Below, one piece after another: positions 8,450-16,899 of a stretch of DNA of 64,000 nucleotides. The stretch covers positions 1,177 to 65,176 of the forward strand of contig CACYCL010000198.1 in NCBI GenBank assembly GCA_902772905.1. Reading direction: 5' to 3'. The position numbers and the translations under genes were made by a program. This DNA comes from an uncultured bacterium (lineage in GTDB: Bacteria; Verrucomicrobiota; Kiritimatiellia; RFP12; UBA1067). The stretch's first letter is position 1, and each line of letters begins with the position of its first letter. The notes under the pieces were generated by a model, which worked only from the letters and a program-made list of their open reading frames with translations, was not told the DNA's origin and ran no database searches.

Positions 8450-11261
8450 AATTGACGGCTTCCAGGCGCACTGGTCCAATCAAACCGGACTCAAGAAGCT
8501 TGTCGTCGGAAGCCCAGAGTCGGCATGTAGTGAAAGTATGGCGTCCGGTCGGTGACGGCAAGCCTCGCTGCAACCACTCAGGCCATTGCTTAACAAGAGG
8601 ATAGCCCTTGCTGTCAGATCCATCATCCCAGACACTGTCGTCAGGCAGACGAGCGTCACCAATAAGCCTGTTAGGCCAGAGGTTCGTAACCTTGACCTCA
8701 ATATGAAGCACATTTTCGCCACCTTCGATATTTGCAATTACATCCGTGACGTCAACACGATAGGGCGGCTTCCACGACGCTGCATAGTTATGTCCGTTCA
8801 CGGTGACTTCGGCTATTTCATGCACGTCACCGAGATCAAGGTAGACGCGCCTTGATGATTCAATGTTCCTCCATGCAGAGTTCAGCACAATGTCTTTGCT
8901 GTACGTCGCCGTGCCAGAGAAGTAGCGTATATTCGCATTAGAGCTCTCGGTCCACGAAACAAGCTTCGAGAATGTCGCAGTGGCAATGTCGACATCTGCT
9001 CCAGGCTCGCGGAACGAAACGCTCCACGGTCCTTCCACTGAAACGCTCTCCACCGGAGAACCTTCCTTGCGCACACGGCGAACGACGCAGTTCCTGTCTG
9101 CTGGCTTGCGGAACACCACGAACACGGAATGAAGCGGCTCACAGTCCAGTGAAACCTCTGCACGTCCGCAAGAATCAACGGAGTACTCGTCTCCACATAC
9201 GGACAAAATCTCTCCCGTTACAGGGTTCCACAGCTCCGGCACACGTCCGCATCCATCGCGAAATGAGCATTTCACGTTCTTCCGATACTTGTTGGGAACG
9301 GCCACGAAATATATGTCATCGCCATCAACTCGACGGTGTATACACGTGACGTCTTTGTCATTGCAGATGAAGTCTGGCGTTATGCCATTACGCCTCAAGA
9401 CGTCAGCAGCATTCTCGCCGCGTCCAACGGCGGCGCGGTAGATTGCTCCACCTGGCGACACCACGAAGCCACCTTCATTCCTGCATAGCGCAAACGCATC
9501 AGGGTGGTAACGGTCGCCACTGTACCCAGCTGGGATGATCTCGGCCATGCCGTAGTCTGGAGCCTCACCAGAAGTGCATATTACGACGTCCGCAACATGC
9601 ACTCCTTGGCGCAGAAGGTGCTGCGCGCGCGCCATGTACGCGAAAAACTCCTTAGCACCGTGGTTCCACCAAGTCTGCGTGCGATCGATGTGGGAGCCAT
9701 AGGCCGCCATTGTCATTCCAGGATAGCGAGTTGGAGCTGTCCATGGCTGGTGCACAAAGCGATGAAAGACCATGAGGTTAACGCCGTCTGTGAACACGCG
9801 GTCACACTGAAGCTTCATCGATCGCGGCGAGGCAAGCCAACGTCCAGACGCCTCATCGGGATATGATGTGAACGCCTCCGCGCCGACGATGCATCGTCCC
9901 CATGCATGGGCAGTGGATGCGACGATCTTTGCGTTGCCGATTGGCTTTGATCCCCAGCGGCACATCATGTAGTTGCCGCCACCCGCCCGATCCAGGGCAG
10001 CGAGGTCGCAGTCGTAGTTGCGCGGACGCCAGAACTCTGCCATTGGTACATCACATTCGCGCGCGAACTCAAGATCATTGAACGGTCCGTTTCCATACGG
10101 CTCGCAGTAAAACCGCAGACCATTCTCGTGGCATCGTTCGCGCAGGCGTCCTGCATAGTTCTTGACGAAAAGGCGCGAAATTACGCGCCGGAAGTCCCTG
10201 AGGAACTTTTCGGTGTCTGCGGCACAGCCTATCGGATAGCCCGCAATGACTGGCAGATAGTTCGTGATGGAATACCCAGCAATCTCAGCAAAGCGATCGT
10301 CGAATCCACGCGTCCAGTTCTGACCGAACACCTCATAGCTGTCAAGCAGGACACCGCTAAGCGCACGATCATTTGGGAGCATCCCGATCAGCCGTCCTAC
10401 ATACGCGTCAAAATGCACATCCAACGCATGAGGATCAAGCTTGTCACATTCAAGACCAATTCCCTTTTCGGAGGCACTGCGGTTGGTTCGCCCGTTAGCC
10501 TTGTAGCCGATTCGCAAAACTGTCCAGCCGACATCAGAGCTCGGAGCCGTCCACACTAACCGCCCGTTGCCGCGCATTAAATTTGTGAGGTCCATGACGT
10601 CACTTTGAGCAACGCACATCGACTGCGGCGCTGCCTCTTCTGTTATTGCGACGGGCATTTGCGGACCACCCTCGTGTATGCCCAGCTTGAAGCTGCCGCG
10701 GCCGCGAAACACCTGCATGTCGAAATCAGGCATGGATTTCAGCACGGGTTTGCTATTGGCCGGAATGGCCAGAACGGCGATGTCACCGTAGAAGCCTTTT
10801 GCATTTTCAGGCAGTGGAAGCGTTCCGTCAAACAACTCGCCACCCCTTACATGCACTTCAGAGCAGGCAACGTACTTCATTGAAAGCTCTGGAGTAACCC
10901 AAGGTCCGCCAGAACTAGTCCAGCCACTGCAATTGGCCACGCACAGTTCTATTCCCAGTCGCTTTGCCTCGCGATCGGCATGCACAAGGCAGTCGAACCA
11001 TTCGTCGGACGCGAATTCAACTGTCCCTCTTGGAAGCGCAAGCCCGGCATCGAATATCTGAGCACCGCCAATGCCCACCGCCGCCATAGACTCAAGGTCC
11101 GCCGTGATTCCGGACTTCGTGACATTACCGTTCATCCAGTGCCACCAGGTATGCGGACGCGCCTCCGGCGGAGGATCCCGAAATTTCTCAGGCGAGACAC
11201 CAGACGCGAACGCTGCGAACAACATGCCCGCCACAAGAGAAAACGCTGCTTTCTTTTTCAT
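8442..11261 (-). CDS. Secreted glycoside hydrolase, GH106-like (family often annotated 'GH2 sugar-binding'), 939 aa
   Basis: The track ORF 8442..11486 is trimmed to MKKKAAFSLVAGMLFAAFASG, a signal peptide. The N-terminal motif PHTWWHWMNGNVTKSGITADLESMAAVGIGGAQIFD matches that family as I recall it. The family assignment was not verified by search. Confidence 0.6.
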   Translation of the reverse strand: MKKKAAFSLVAGMLFAAFASGVSPEKFRDPPPEARPHTWWHWMNGNVTKSGITADLESMAAVGIGGAQIFDAGLALPRGTVEFASDEWFDCLVHADREAKRLGIELCVANCSGWTSSGGPWVTPELSMKYVACSEVHVRGGELFDGTLPLPENAKGFYGDIAVLAIPANSKPVLKSMPDFDMQVFRGRGSFKLGIHEGGPQMPVAITEEAAPQSMCVAQSDVMDLTNLMRGNGRLVWTAPSSDVGWTVLRIGYKANGRTNRSASEKGIGLECDKLDPHALDVHFDAYVGRLIGMLPNDRALSGVLLDSYEVFGQNWTRGFDDRFAEIAGYSITNYLPVIAGYPIGCAADTEKFLRDFRRVISRLFVKNYAGRLRERCHENGLRFYCEPYGNGPFNDLEFARECDVPMAEFWRPRNYDCDLAALDRAGGGNYMMCRWGSKPIGNAKIVASTAHAWGRCIVGAEAFTSYPDEASGRWLASPRSMKLQCDRVFTDGVNLMVFHRFVHQPWTAPTRYPGMTMAAYGSHIDRTQTWWNHGAKEFFAYMARAQHLLRQGVHVADVVICTSGEAPDYGMAEIIPAGYSGDRYHPDAFALCRNEGGFVVSPGGAIYRAAVGRGENAADVLRRNGITPDFICNDKDVTCIHRRVDGDDIYFVAVPNKYRKNVKCSFRDGCGRVPELWNPVTGEILSVCGDEYSVDSCGRAEVSLDCEPLHSVFVVFRKPADRNCVVRRVRKEGSPVESVSVEGPWSVSFREPGADVDIATATFSKLVSWTESSNANIRYFSGTATYSKDIVLNSAWRNIESSRRVYLDLGDVHEIAEVTVNGHNYAASWKPPYRVDVTDVIANIEGGENVLHIEVKVTNLWPNRLIGDARLPDDSVWDDGSDSKGYPLVKQWPEWLQRGLPSPTGRHTFTTCRLWASDDKLLESGLIGPVRLEAVNLL

Positions 11262-11447
11262 AAGCCAGAACTCGTCCCCTTTCCTTCTTTGAGCGCCAAA
11301 AGAAGCGCTGTGCAACGCAGCAGATTCCACAACGACATCGTCCATCCCCGAGTCCGCAAGAAGCTTTTTCATTACGAACTCCGCCATCGGAGATCTGCAG
11401 ATGTTCCCGTGGCATGTGAATAGTATTTTCGTTGGTTCAATGCGCAT
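11262..11447 (-). pseudogene. Remnant of a low-molecular-weight protein-tyrosine phosphatase / ArsC-type gene, fused in frame to the hydrolase ORF
   Basis: MRIEPTKILFTCHGNICRSPMAEFVMKKLLADSGMDDVVVESAALHS carries the LMW-PTP P-loop CxGNxCRS. Only about 50-60 of the expected ~150 residues are present. It runs without a stop into the hydrolase signal peptide. Confidence 0.55.
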
Positions 11448-13443
11448 TGTCAAGAAGTTCGGGCCAGTCGTAAACCATGTAGGCACGCGGGACGAGGTCG
11501 GCGTAGTACGTCATGTCCGGTGGACGCGACGCGAGCACTTCCTCCCACGAAGGCGGCTGGTTTACGATCCTAACAGCGAACCATGCGGAACGGTCTGCCG
11601 CAAACGCATGAACGGCCGGGATTGCGAGAAAATCAGTCGCCACAAGTTCAGGAGCCACTCCAGCACGACGTTTAAGCCAATCGCCCAACACAAGAAGATC
11701 GCGCGCTCGACGACCGACAAGCGGTTTGCCGATCAGGTACTGCATGGCCCCAAGCCCTTCGTCAGGACGTTCCTTGGCAAAGTAGAATATGAACTTCTCG
11801 CGTCCTATTTCTCCAATGCCAGTTACATCCGCAACCAGAACTGGACGACCAGAATCAACATAGCTACGCGCGATCCGCAGCCCATCAGCACGACCTTTTG
11901 CCGACGCGACGAGCACAGGCAATCCTGACACACCCGAACGAGACAGATATACAGCTGGCAACATGGCACCATCCGGATACTGCACCACAACCCGCGTCAC
12001 CTCGATGCCATCAATGATTCCGACTCTCCAGTCTTTCGTCTTCGCCGCTGCGTCAGCAAGCGTTGGAATGACGGCGAGTCTTCGCGCCACAGCAGCTTTT
12101 TCATTAGCCGAAAGGCGTTTGCGAATTGCCTTTGCAGCAGCACCACGCTCGGCTATTATTTCATAAATATCCCTGAACCCAGGCAGGTTCTTAGTGGCAC
12201 CATCAGATGTACAGCCACGTTCGTCCGCCGCGAGTCCCAAGTCCTCCTTTGCCAAGTCGAAGCCGACATCAAGAATTCTAGTCTCATTTTTTGCTAGACG
12301 CGGATCAGGAGAGTCTGGAATAAGCGTTCGCGCAAGGAACGCGATGGATGATGTCTCCGTTGCCTCAGTCCACCCGTGCGGTCCTGGAACGTCGTTCAGC
12401 CAGCATCGACCAGAACATCCGATTTTCCGCTCCACAGTCTCAACCGTGCGGAATAAGGCACGAGTTCCATAGTAGGGAAACATGTCGGAAAACTTGCACG
12501 TCACGGCAACCGGTATGTCAGGAATCAATACATAGCCAGTGTGGTTCAATCCAAACGAGAGCTGACCATAGATATTCTGCTCGCCGTCTTGTGGCCCCAT
12601 GACATGGCAAAGGGCCGAAAGACTTGTGAGATAGCAACTTGGCGCCGCGACGCGAATGCGAGGTTCGACCGTCTCCATCAACGCTGTCATTGTGCCGCCG
12701 CCAGACTGCCCCATGTAGCCGATCCGCCTTGCATCCACCTCTGGTCGCGACTCAATGTAATCAATGGCGCGCATGCCATCCCAGACGCGCAGAAGCGACA
12801 TCGACCAACCAATCATCTCGGCGCGCAGGGCGATCTGGACATGCCCACGCGTAGAGCCTATTGAGTAACAGCGACGTTCACCCTGCTCATATGGATCGAA
12901 CATCAGCGCGACAAAGCCATTCTTCGCCGCAATCACGCACGCACGAAGATAGATGTCGCAGTCCTTTCCGGTGGCGCTATGCCCACAGCTCATCACGACA
13001 GCAGGGTGTTTACCACCATTACACGGGAGAAACAGATTCGCCGTTACAAAAACACCTGGCATCGACTCGAATATAACCTTCTCAATTATGTACCCATTTC
13101 GCCTGTACGATGCGACAGTGCGCGCATTGAGAGGCGTTCTAGGCGGCATCTCGCCCATGGCCGCAAGCATTTTGGCTCGCATGTCGAGGCGATATGCATC
13201 ATATTCCGCCCTTGAGCCAAGAGCACACCAAGCCTCGTCCGCCGCAACATCCATGCGGTCGATCTCGTTTAAAGAGAATACAGCGCTAGACACCTGCGAC
13301 TCGCCAAATGGCAAAACTCTAGCCGAAACCACAGACTCCAGCGAAGCTTGCTCGGTGGGAACGGCATCGACGACCGCGGACCTGCAGACACTCACACATG
13401 ACGTGAGCACCAACATCACAACTACTTTAGCTTCAGCACTCAT
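11437..13443 (-). CDS. Secreted alpha/beta-hydrolase, acetyl-xylan-esterase-like carbohydrate esterase, 668 aa
   Basis: Signal-like N-terminus. AXE1-like segment FESMPGVFVTANLFLPCNGGKHPAVVMSCGHS. Nucleophile elbow GYMGQSGGG (GxSxG). Confidence 0.6.
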   Translation of the reverse strand: MSAEAKVVVMLVLTSCVSVCRSAVVDAVPTEQASLESVVSARVLPFGESQVSSAVFSLNEIDRMDVAADEAWCALGSRAEYDAYRLDMRAKMLAAMGEMPPRTPLNARTVASYRRNGYIIEKVIFESMPGVFVTANLFLPCNGGKHPAVVMSCGHSATGKDCDIYLRACVIAAKNGFVALMFDPYEQGERRCYSIGSTRGHVQIALRAEMIGWSMSLLRVWDGMRAIDYIESRPEVDARRIGYMGQSGGGTMTALMETVEPRIRVAAPSCYLTSLSALCHVMGPQDGEQNIYGQLSFGLNHTGYVLIPDIPVAVTCKFSDMFPYYGTRALFRTVETVERKIGCSGRCWLNDVPGPHGWTEATETSSIAFLARTLIPDSPDPRLAKNETRILDVGFDLAKEDLGLAADERGCTSDGATKNLPGFRDIYEIIAERGAAAKAIRKRLSANEKAAVARRLAVIPTLADAAAKTKDWRVGIIDGIEVTRVVVQYPDGAMLPAVYLSRSGVSGLPVLVASAKGRADGLRIARSYVDSGRPVLVADVTGIGEIGREKFIFYFAKERPDEGLGAMQYLIGKPLVGRRARDLLVLGDWLKRRAGVAPELVATDFLAIPAVHAFAADRSAWFAVRIVNQPPSWEEVLASRPPDMTYYADLVPRAYMVYDWPELLDNAH

Positions 13444-13463
13444 TGCCAGATGTCAATTTTGAA

Positions 13464-15986
13464 TCAGCGGATGGATTTGAAAACCACGTTTGCCGGCGAC
13501 AAGCCTGGAGACATAGCCGTAACGCGAATATCACCGCATACACCAGGAAACGGACGCACAATCGCCTGCACCCAGCCGTTGAATGATCTGCGCACACTAT
13601 TCCTGAAGTCGTCGAAATCCGTCTCATCGCCATTGTCAGTCGCGACGATGACACCCGGCCCATCTACCGAGAATCTGACTTGGACTTTCGCGTCAGGCAC
13701 AGTCAGCCCGCCGGAGTCCTGAACGCATACGTTGACATAGCAGATGTCATTACCGTCTGCAACGACAGTATCAGTTTCAGCCATAGCTACAAGCCGCGCC
13801 GCTTCGCCAGTCGTCTTGATGCTGTCTCGTGCCCACTCCTGTCCGTTCTTGAATACAACGACTTCCAACATTCCAGGCTCATAGTGCACGTCATCCCAGC
13901 GAAGACGGTACGCGCGATCCCATATGCCAGGTTGCTTGCGCTGACGGCCAAGGGAACGCCCATTGATGAACAACTCTCCTTCGTCACCCGACGTGAACAC
14001 GTACACAGGAGTAATTTCTCCCTCGCGCCCCTTCCAGTTCCAATGCGGCAGGATATGGGCCATGGGAAAATCTGGACGCCAACGCGACTGAAAAAGCCAA
14101 AAAGCATCTTTCTTAAATCCTGCCTGATCAAGGAAGCCAGTGTTGCACGTGTGAATCGCAGCGCGCGTCATGCCACGCTCTTCCACTTCCGCGATCGACC
14201 TAGCCTGCTTCTCGGCATCGGTGAATCTCGGCCTCTTGCGCCATTGGTCACACCAGAACGGGCCACCAAGATAATCGATACCCGTCCAAATGAATTCTCC
14301 CATGCTCGTCTCCACCTTGTCCATCCAATACCACTGCGCGTCAGGCGAACATGCCCAATTGCCGTTTAGCTTCGACCAACCGACAGCGTCCCAACAATAG
14401 GAAGAGTTATAGAAATCAGGAAACGGCACACGGCTGTCCTTCCATGTCTGGCCGACAGGAAAATGATATTCGCCTCGCGTCGAACTCATGCATATCGTTT
14501 CCGTGCCAAAAAAAGGAATGTCTGGATACTTCTTCGCAAGTGCCGGATACATCCATGGATAATAGTTGCAGCCCATCAAGGTCAAGACCGTAGGAAAGTC
14601 GTTTGTATAGTTGTTAGGATGGTTGTTGGCATTCGTCGTCGGACGCGTCGGGTCCTCTTCAGCCACCATGCACGCAAGCCGACGCGCCAGTTTGGCATAT
14701 TCAGCATAGGGGGCGATTTTGGGACTACCCTCTGGAATCTCATTGCCGATCGAATACATTATGACGCACGGGTGATTTCGGTCGGCACGCACCCAGGCAC
14801 GCAAATCGCGTTCATGCCAGGTGTCAAAGATGTTCGAGTATCCGTTTTTCCTCTTCCCGGCACTGCCAATCTTTCGCCACTCATCGAATACTTCGTCCTT
14901 AACGAGCAGACCCAATTCATCGCACAGTTCCAGAAGCCCTTCGTCAGGCGGATTGTGGGAAGAGCGTATGGCGTTAACGCCAGCCTCCTTGAACAACAAC
15001 AGTCTACGCCTCTGAGCAGCACGATTCCACGCAGCGCCAAGAACACCGAAATCATGGTGCATCGACACGCCGTTCAGCGGCACCGTGCGCCCATTCAGCT
15101 GGAAACGCCGTTCGTCAGAGTTGAACGAAACAGTTCGTATGCCGTAGCGGTATATATTGCCCTCGATGTCGATTGCATAGGTGTAAGGGTCGTCTATATC
15201 CCAAAGACGCGGATTGTCTATGTGGAATGAATAGTCCCTCTTGCCACTCTTCGCCATTTCATAGCGGACACGCACCTTGGCACGCTTCACAGTAACCTCG
15301 GGCGTTGTGATGAAGACGGAACCAGGTATGACATAATCTTCAGGGCATACAAGAAGCCGACATTCGCGGAAAAGCCCTCCGCCAGTGTACCAACGCGACG
15401 AGTGCGGTATGTTGTGACAGCGAATCGCGACGATGTTCTCGCCATTCATGTCTAGCATGTCCGTTAGGTCAATGCGCCAGCGCGTGTAGCCATACGGCCA
15501 GCCGCCAAGGAACTTCCCGTTCAGGCTCAGCATCGCATAGCTCATCGCGCCATCACATTCAAAGAACACTTTTCCGCCAAGAGGAATGGTTGTTTCCTCG
15601 CCTCCAATTTTCAACTTGCCATTCTCAATTTTAAATTTGAGTCTGTACCAGCCGATACCAGTAACATCAAGGAATGCATCACCATAAGGAAGACTGGAGT
15701 CGAACGGCTTTTCGATACCCCAATCATGCGGCACACTGACATTGCACCACGATGAGTCATCGAACTCAGGCTTCGCCCAGGTAAAAGCTGGCGCTCCTGC
15801 CAATTCACCTCGCTCGGCCCGGTCAAGTATGACGCTCATGGCCTGAAGCGTCAAGTTAGTGCCCACAGAGGAATCGTCACCCTTCATGAACTTCCATCCG
15901 AACTTGAGCGGCAACTTCTCCGTCGCCCCGAACGAAGCGACAGTACTCAACGCAAAGATTGCAACTGTTGCAAACTTCCACATCAT
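13464..15986 (-). CDS. Glycoside hydrolase family 2 (beta-galactosidase/beta-glucuronidase-like), 840 aa
   Basis: Signal peptide MMWKFATVAIFALSTVASFGA. GH2 TIM-barrel motifs IRSSHNPPDEGLLELCDELGLLV and NHPCVIMYSIGNEIPE. Confidence 0.85.
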   Translation of the reverse strand: MMWKFATVAIFALSTVASFGATEKLPLKFGWKFMKGDDSSVGTNLTLQAMSVILDRAERGELAGAPAFTWAKPEFDDSSWCNVSVPHDWGIEKPFDSSLPYGDAFLDVTGIGWYRLKFKIENGKLKIGGEETTIPLGGKVFFECDGAMSYAMLSLNGKFLGGWPYGYTRWRIDLTDMLDMNGENIVAIRCHNIPHSSRWYTGGGLFRECRLLVCPEDYVIPGSVFITTPEVTVKRAKVRVRYEMAKSGKRDYSFHIDNPRLWDIDDPYTYAIDIEGNIYRYGIRTVSFNSDERRFQLNGRTVPLNGVSMHHDFGVLGAAWNRAAQRRRLLLFKEAGVNAIRSSHNPPDEGLLELCDELGLLVKDEVFDEWRKIGSAGKRKNGYSNIFDTWHERDLRAWVRADRNHPCVIMYSIGNEIPEGSPKIAPYAEYAKLARRLACMVAEEDPTRPTTNANNHPNNYTNDFPTVLTLMGCNYYPWMYPALAKKYPDIPFFGTETICMSSTRGEYHFPVGQTWKDSRVPFPDFYNSSYCWDAVGWSKLNGNWACSPDAQWYWMDKVETSMGEFIWTGIDYLGGPFWCDQWRKRPRFTDAEKQARSIAEVEERGMTRAAIHTCNTGFLDQAGFKKDAFWLFQSRWRPDFPMAHILPHWNWKGREGEITPVYVFTSGDEGELFINGRSLGRQRKQPGIWDRAYRLRWDDVHYEPGMLEVVVFKNGQEWARDSIKTTGEAARLVAMAETDTVVADGNDICYVNVCVQDSGGLTVPDAKVQVRFSVDGPGVIVATDNGDETDFDDFRNSVRRSFNGWVQAIVRPFPGVCGDIRVTAMSPGLSPANVVFKSIR

Positions 15987-15998
15987 TGGCTTCTCTCC

Positions 15999-16802
15999 CT
16001 AGACATACTTGTTCTTAACCCATGCGTGTGCCGGATCCATGGACGAGACGAGTCCACGCCCCTGGGCTCCCGCCATCGTCCAGAGATAATACATCTGGTA
16101 TCCAGGCGCACCAACGAGAGGATGGTAGCCCTCGGCAATCGCAACAGTATCATAGTTCTGCACACGGTATGCCTCATTAAGCGAGCCATCTGGCTTGTAG
16201 ACGCTCTGGAAACCGAATCCACTCGGCGGGTCGAAAAGGTAGAAATACGTCTCTTCCATGTCCAGTTCAGCTGGAGGATTGTTTATGTCGTGGCGGTGGC
16301 TCGGATATCCACTCCAGTTTCCACTCGGTATCATGCCCTCTCCGATATAGAAATGCTCCGAGTCAAACTTCTCGTCAAGTATTATCTCGCTCGTGCGAGC
16401 CCAATTGTCCTTGCCAAGCGCGATATGGAGCGTGTCCTCTGGCTTTATGAGTGTGGGATTTGCCGTATCACGCGTAACGGGCGAACCGTTATAGGCAAGC
16501 TCAACATCGGTAATCGCCATTATAGTGTACTTGGTGCGCCGCGGGAGATACAGACAATGCGGCTTGCCGGTGAAAGGCGACGTGCGCCCGTTTGCAACCT
16601 CAAAAGCCCAGCCATCTCCCTTCACCGCGAAATTGCCGCCTATCAGGACGAGCGCCACTTCGCTTTCGCCCGTGTAATCGTCGTATGATGCTCCCCTTGT
16701 CAGTTTGAGAAGGCCAAATTTGGTCAGTTTCATTCCATATTCGCCGACATCGAATATCTTGTTATATCCTTCCTTGGGATTCAATGCAATTTTGAGATTC
16801 AT
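15999..16802 (-). CDS. iolB: KduI/IolB-family isomerase (5-deoxy-glucuronate isomerase-like), 267 aa
   Basis: The length and the motif GNWSGYPSHRHD ... EETYFY fit IolB-type cupins. Confidence 0.7.
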   Translation of the reverse strand: MNLKIALNPKEGYNKIFDVGEYGMKLTKFGLLKLTRGASYDDYTGESEVALVLIGGNFAVKGDGWAFEVANGRTSPFTGKPHCLYLPRRTKYTIMAITDVELAYNGSPVTRDTANPTLIKPEDTLHIALGKDNWARTSEIILDEKFDSEHFYIGEGMIPSGNWSGYPSHRHDINNPPAELDMEETYFYLFDPPSGFGFQSVYKPDGSLNEAYRVQNYDTVAIAEGYHPLVGAPGYQMYYLWTMAGAQGRGLVSSMDPAHAWVKNKYV

Positions 16803-16825
16803 GATGCTCCTTTCAGGTTGAAGTT

Positions 16826-16834
16826 ATTTTACCA
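16826..16834 (-). promoter_or_regulatory. Extended -10 promoter (TGGTAAAAT) upstream of the iolB-like gene
   Basis: The minus strand reads atgTGGTAAAATaacttcaacctgaAAGGAGcatcATG, giving a 23-nt leader with a Shine-Dalgarno AGGAG. Confidence 0.45.
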
Positions 16835-16899
16835 CATATCGCATGAGAAGTCCGCTAGATCAATTGAAACTACATGAAGACATTTGAGAAATCACAATA

